This document shows positions 56,917 through 60,071 of a stretch of DNA of 60,071 nt, piece after piece (the stretch's first letter is position 1; each line of letters begins with the position of its first letter). Below the pieces are notes generated by a model. It was given only the letters and a program-made list of their open reading frames with translations. It was not told the DNA's origin and did not search any database. Position numbers and translations under genes: made by a program. This DNA comes from an uncultured Candidatus Peribacteria bacterium (lineage in GTDB: Bacteria > Patescibacteriota > Gracilibacteria > Peribacterales > Peribacteraceae), in NCBI GenBank assembly GCA_964515645.1, contig CAZEVM010000001.1:1-60071 (forward strand), in the 5' to 3' direction.

Positions 56917-56992
56917 GGTCTCTTCCTTGTTCCCTCTTGCGCTCGTAGTAGGGTAAAAACGTACAATGTGGGATACGTTTGCGATTTTTAGC
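56917..56992 (-). repeat. 75-nt arm immediately 3' of tRNA-Phe (includes tRNA terminator hairpin)
   Basis: The minus strand reads ...GCAAACGTA-TCCCACATTG-TACGTTTTTAC.... Duplicated at 54271-54345. Confidence 0.65.
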
Positions 56993-57068
56993 TGGTGGCC
57001 CAGATCGGGATCGAACCGATGACACCTCCCTCTTCAGGGGAGTGCTCTACCAGCTGAGCTACCGGGCC
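56993..57068 (-). tRNA. tRNA-Phe (anticodon GAA)
   Basis: Manual cloverleaf of GGCCCGGUAGCUCAGCUGGUAGAGCACUCCCCUGAAGAGGGAGGUGUCAUCGGUUCGAUCCCGAUCUGGGCCACCA. Loop CUGAAGA, CCA encoded. Confidence 0.95.
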
Positions 57069-57190
57069 ACTGGTACCGTTGCTATGCCCAAGTATACGGT
57101 GGGCCCGAGGACTATACCAAGATCGTCCTTTGTCGAGAAGGGTGGATTTTGGCGGATGGGACAGTAGAATGCGGTCGCTTTGGGCACTAC

Positions 57191-57206
57191 GGGTGTCGCT
57201 CAGCTG
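57191..57206 (+). repeat. degenerate copy of the tRNA-Ala 5' half, 90 nt upstream of tRNA-Ala
   Basis: GGGTGTCGCTCAGCTG versus tRNA-Ala GGGGCTGTAGCTCAGCTG (15 of 16 positions after a 2-nt gap). Confidence 0.35.
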
Positions 57207-57280
57207 CCGCCGAGCCCTTCCGGGCGAGGAGCGAATCAGAAAGGCGCCTGCGGTAGATCTCCGAGGTACACTGACATCAT

Positions 57281-57356
57281 GGGGCTGTAGCTCAGCTGAT
57301 AGAGCGCCGCATTCGCATTGCGGAGGTCGAGGGTTTAAATCCCTTCAGCTCCACCA
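57281..57356 (+). tRNA. tRNA-Ala (anticodon CGC)
   Basis: Manual cloverleaf: acceptor GGGGCUG/CAGCUCC with G3-U70, anticodon loop UUCGCAU, T-loop UUUAAAU, CCA encoded. TACACT 8 nt upstream. Confidence 0.93.
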
Positions 57357-57364
57357 CCTAAATC

Positions 57365-57392
57365 TAGACAGCAATGCAGAAATTAGTATAGT
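57365..57392 (+). promoter_or_regulatory. sigma70-type promoter
   Basis: TAGACA-16 nt-TATAGT. The spacer core GCAGAAATTAGTAT is identical to 41117-41130. Confidence 0.5.
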
Positions 57393-57444
57393 AAACATTA
57401 CACGTCGTTCGCACCATTCCTCTTTTATACAGTTGGAGGTCTCC

Positions 57445-57678
57445 GTGACGTCTACCATTTCCGATGAGCTGCGCGGGCTTATTGAAGCGTACCGCTCACA
57501 ACATCAAGGATCCGTTGCCGCCTGGAGTGACACGAGCGGTTCCATCACCGACAACGCCGCGCGAGTCGAGACATCCGACCGGCTGCACGCTCAAGCAGAA
57601 GGCACCATGCGACGTATCCGTGAATACTGCGACGAGCACTCGATCGGTCCGGAAATCATCGAAGAACTTCTGCGCTGA
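57445..57678 (+). CDS. hypothetical small protein (77 aa)
   Basis: GTG 57445 preceded by GGAGG, in frame with the tail of ORF 57079..57678 (which spans tRNA-Ala and cannot be real upstream). Own terminator. Confidence 0.6.
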   Translation: MTSTISDELRGLIEAYRSQHQGSVAAWSDTSGSITDNAARVETSDRLHAQAEGTMRRIREYCDEHSIGPEIIEELLR

Positions 57679-57697
57679 GAGCGCGGAGCCCACCACT

Positions 57698-57726
57698 AGG
57701 CGGAGAGCGATCTCCGCCTGTTTTTG
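57698..57726 (+). terminator. intrinsic terminator
   Basis: AGGCGGAGA-GCGA-TCTCCGCCT followed by GTTTTT. Confidence 0.8.
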
Positions 57727-57799
57727 AATATATAAAAGAAAGCGAGACGTGTTGTCCCGCTTTTCTCGCTGGTGAGTATTCACCTGTACCATTTTTCAT

Positions 57800-57829
57800 A
57801 AAAAGAGCCCCGGCTGTTGCCGAGGCTCT
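57800..57829 (-). terminator. intrinsic terminator of 57851..58480
   Basis: The minus strand reads AGAGCCTCGGC-AACA-GCCGGGGCTCT followed by TTTTT. Confidence 0.7.
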
Positions 57830-57850
57830 AGGAACGTATTGATCTGACTG

Positions 57851-58480
57851 TCATCCTCCGCGAACTCGTTTTTGCTCCTTGCGAATTGCTTTCAGTTTTT
57901 GACGCCATTGTTCGTTTTCAGACATTTTCTTCATGGCATCGCTCTTAAGACTAGGCACATGCTCGATGATGCATCGACAATCCACGTCACTCGGCTCTTG
58001 TGCGAATAAAACCGCTGCAGCCTGCAGTCTCATCTTCTTGTTTTGGGCTACAATGGTTCGAAGTACAGCATTAGGAAGCGATCCTTGAAGCAGTCGCTCG
58101 GCGGCCGTGTCGGCGATCTCTTCTTCGAAGTAACGAAACTCTTTCATTAAAAACACGAGATCATCGTACGTCGGCTGCTGCTCAAGTATTCGCAAGCCCG
58201 TTTTCTTCCGCCAGGCGGCATATGGTTGCTTTAATATTAAACGCAACTCATGGTTTCGAGGATTCCGAGCAAGGAGCATTTCAGCGGCTTTTTCGATGTG
58301 TGGCCCGCCATAATATTGCCGCAGTAACCAACACAAATCTTGGTTCGTTGGGTTACGCTGCAAGTACGCTTCAACCGCTTCGTGATGAAGGTAGTCGACG
58401 TAACGAATCACGTAGCGGATCGCGGATTGAGAAGGATTCTTAGATAAAATATCCGCCCACATGTTTTCGAGTTTCGACAT
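57851..58480 (-). CDS. helical-repeat (HEAT/ARM-like) protein, unknown function
   Basis: ORF 57851..58480. Repeated units LQRNPTNQDL..., LARNPRNHEL..., LEQQPTYDDL.... Lower GC than the flanks. AT-rich promoter patch at 58500-58569. Confidence 0.65.
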   Translation of the reverse strand: MSKLENMWADILSKNPSQSAIRYVIRYVDYLHHEAVEAYLQRNPTNQDLCWLLRQYYGGPHIEKAAEMLLARNPRNHELRLILKQPYAAWRKKTGLRILEQQPTYDDLVFLMKEFRYFEEEIADTAAERLLQGSLPNAVLRTIVAQNKKMRLQAAAVLFAQEPSDVDCRCIIEHVPSLKSDAMKKMSENEQWRQKLKAIRKEQKRVRGG

Positions 58481-58569
58481 TTCGACCTCATTTTTAGGGA
58501 AGTTGGAGTGAACGAACGCTATATTGACATTATAGTAAATTATTTAATAGTCAATATATTTTATGTGCG

Positions 58570-59739
58570 TTACAAACTGGCCCGGATCGCCTCCTCCAGC
58601 TTTCGGTTCTTCCAACCCACAAAGTGCAGCACAGCGTGCAGCGGATCGGTGAGTGCGAGGAACACCTTCAAGTCGGCAGCCAAGCGCATGGCGTATCCCA
58701 GCAAGCCGAAGACATTCAACGGACCGAAGACGACAGCCGCCCAGCGCTCGCCGATGGGCAGAGCGAATTTTGGCTTGGGTGCAGCGTAGGTGCGCGGCCG
58801 GCCGGAGAGGATCTTGGCCAAGAGATCGGCATCGTAGATGGCCGTCTGGGCCATGCCCGCATAGGGCGTCTTGGCACAGTCACCGAGGACGTACACGTTC
58901 TGCAGGCCCTGAGCGCGCAAATCGTTGTCCACTAAGGCGCGTCCCTTGGGGTCGAGCGACAAGCCGGTGACACGAGAAAGGAGCGAGTGGGCCTTCACGC
59001 CCGCGGTCCAGACGATGGTGCCGGCTTCAATTTGCGTATCGGCCAGAAGGAGCTTGCCCGGCTCACAGCCGGTGACCTTCTTGCCCACCATCACCTGCAC
59101 GCCGATCTTCTCGAGTCGCTCGTGCGAACGCTTGGAGACGATCTCCGGCATCGACGGGAGGATACGATCAGCCGCCTCAATGAGCAGAACGTGCGGCGGG
59201 CGCTTACGCAGGTCTTCCAAGTGCACCACCAGCTCGGCCGCCGTCTCCACGCCCGTCGGTCCGCCGCCGATCACGAGCACGCGCTCTGAGGTCTCCTTTT
59301 CGTGCTGCGGCAAGACGTGGTGGTTCGTCAGCAAGGCATCGAAGTGACGGCGCAGATGCACGGCCTCCACCACGTGGCTCATGGTGAGCGCGTTCTCCTT
59401 CATGCCCGGAATGCCGAAGTACGCCGGCTCCGCTCCGGGAGCGAGCACCACGATGTCGTAGGGGTAGGCACCCAGGCGGCCTTGGGCGACGTTCTTCGCC
59501 GTATCGACCGATTCGATGGTATCGATCATGGTCGTGACCGACCGCGGCAACATCTCCTCTAAGGTCAGGCAGACGCGCGAGAAGGCATCTGAGCGGATGA
59601 TGCGGTAGAGCGAGCCGTAGTACTCCAGCCACGGCCTGGGGCTGACCAACGTGACGGCAAAGTGGGCATTCTTCGCCAGGCGCTGGGCCAGGCGAACGCC
59701 CGCGAATCCCCCGCCGACGACAAGCACTTTTTGCGCCAT
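58570..59739 (-). CDS. ndh: type II NADH dehydrogenase (NDH-2)
   Basis: ORF 58570..59739. Two Rossmann motifs VVGGGFAG and VIGGGPTGVE. GDCA motif. Confidence 0.9.
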   Translation of the reverse strand: MAQKVLVVGGGFAGVRLAQRLAKNAHFAVTLVSPRPWLEYYGSLYRIIRSDAFSRVCLTLEEMLPRSVTTMIDTIESVDTAKNVAQGRLGAYPYDIVVLAPGAEPAYFGIPGMKENALTMSHVVEAVHLRRHFDALLTNHHVLPQHEKETSERVLVIGGGPTGVETAAELVVHLEDLRKRPPHVLLIEAADRILPSMPEIVSKRSHERLEKIGVQVMVGKKVTGCEPGKLLLADTQIEAGTIVWTAGVKAHSLLSRVTGLSLDPKGRALVDNDLRAQGLQNVYVLGDCAKTPYAGMAQTAIYDADLLAKILSGRPRTYAAPKPKFALPIGERWAAVVFGPLNVFGLLGYAMRLAADLKVFLALTDPLHAVLHFVGWKNRKLEEAIRASL

Positions 59740-59853
59740 AGGCTGAAAGAAGCGTACGCAGCCCGCGTCTCAGGGGCAATGACGCTTGCTGCACTTCCTT
59801 CACCGTTGCCCTGGTCCGTCAACCGGGACTGGGCTGTTGACGCCTGGACAAAG

Positions 59854-59886
59854 ATATTTGCAAATATTCAAAATATGTATTATAAT
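59854..59886 (+). promoter_or_regulatory. promoter with Zur-box-like palindrome
   Basis: Palindrome ATATTTGCAAATAT (59854-59867) overlaps -35 TTGCAA. -10 TATAAT at 59881-59886. The 10-mer TTGCAAATAT is shared with the zur operator at 34809-34818. Confidence 0.45.
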
Positions 59887-59895
59887 ATCTATCAA

Positions 59896-60071
59896 ATGAC
59901 CATCAAAAACACACCCAAGACACGTTTCTTTAGCGCCGCTTTCCTCGTCGTGTCCGGCGCGATCTTCGCCGTGACGATCTCGAGCGCGACGAAGGCCCGC
60001 GTCGTCGACCAGGCGACCTTCCCCCCGGCCCCCAAGCAGCAGACGGTCCACGCTGCCGCTCCCGCCGCGCC
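59896..60071 (+). CDS. signal-anchored protein, N-terminal part (continues past window end)
   Basis: Open at the edge, so not in the ORF track. Own translation: MTIKNTPKTRFFSAAFLVVSGAIFAVTISSATKARVVDQATFPPAPKQQTVHAAAPAA. Confidence 0.5.
   Translation, partial: MTIKNTPKTRFFSAAFLVVSGAIFAVTISSATKARVVDQATFPPAPKQQTVHAAAPAA

Larger units (their letters stand above)
54346..56992. mobile_element. tRNA-Phe-linked islet 1 (integrase-less): KAP NTPase cassette
   Basis: Lies between remnant A and the intact tRNA-Phe. The interior is strongly AT-rich relative to the flanks. Confidence 0.55.

Noticed and set aside
51130-56992. Search for an integrase, excisionase or transposase that would make the tRNA-Phe islets autonomous.
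   Set aside because: No ORF in or near the islets shows tyrosine-recombinase (R..H-x-x-R..Y), serine-recombinase or DDE motifs. The elements are therefore reported as integrase-less remnants rather than as an active ICE or prophage.
57079-57444. Upstream part of ORF 57079..57678 (199 aa).
   Set aside because: It reads straight through the tRNA-Ala gene and its promoter. Only the distal 77 codons, after GGAGG-GTG 57445, are plausible.

Overview
GC-rich, gene-dense bacterial chromosomal segment with about 75 protein genes and 5 tRNA genes, and no rRNA or CRISPR. The backbone is housekeeping: recG (partial), miaA, clpP, tgt, rplU, pyk, eno, apbE, a PIF1/RecD-like helicase, ppa, secG, rplI, msrB, cca, gap, dnaK, obg and ndh. 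There is also a copper cluster (copA, copZ, cupredoxin, HMA-DsbD_2) divergent from a zur-znuA-znuC-yibE/F-znuB zinc operon. Many genes look leaderless, with a -10 hexamer ending 6-7 nt before the start codon. Accessory DNA is concentrated at tRNA genes. (1) Best candidate for an undescribed system: two tandem islets anchored at tRNA-Phe (51130-56992), delimited by three copies of the tRNA 3' end and two copies of a 75-nt arm. One carries a RelA/SpoT-like (toxSAS-like) nucleotidyltransferase fused to a ~340-aa unknown C-terminal domain, next to a HEPN/Abi-like protein and small ORFs. The other carries a membrane-inserted KAP P-loop NTPase. No integrase is present. (2) A three-member paralogous family of unknown proteins (18717, 20468c, 50516), each preceded by the same structured 5' leader with a GAGACAAGCGC...GCGCTTGTCTC stem. 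(3) Duplicated tRNA 5' halves followed by a conserved hairpin lie upstream of tRNA-Val, tRNA-Ile (tandem 111-nt units) and probably tRNA-Ala. Other oddities are listed under findings: a Tgt lacking all four Zn ligands, tandem guanylate-kinase-like paralogs, CopA with a large extracytoplasmic C-terminal fusion, poly-His tails at overlapping gene junctions in the zinc operon, and tRNA-Ile(UAU). All calls rest on motif recognition and manual translation by eye. No database search, folding or statistics could be run, so every functional and structural interpretation is provisional.
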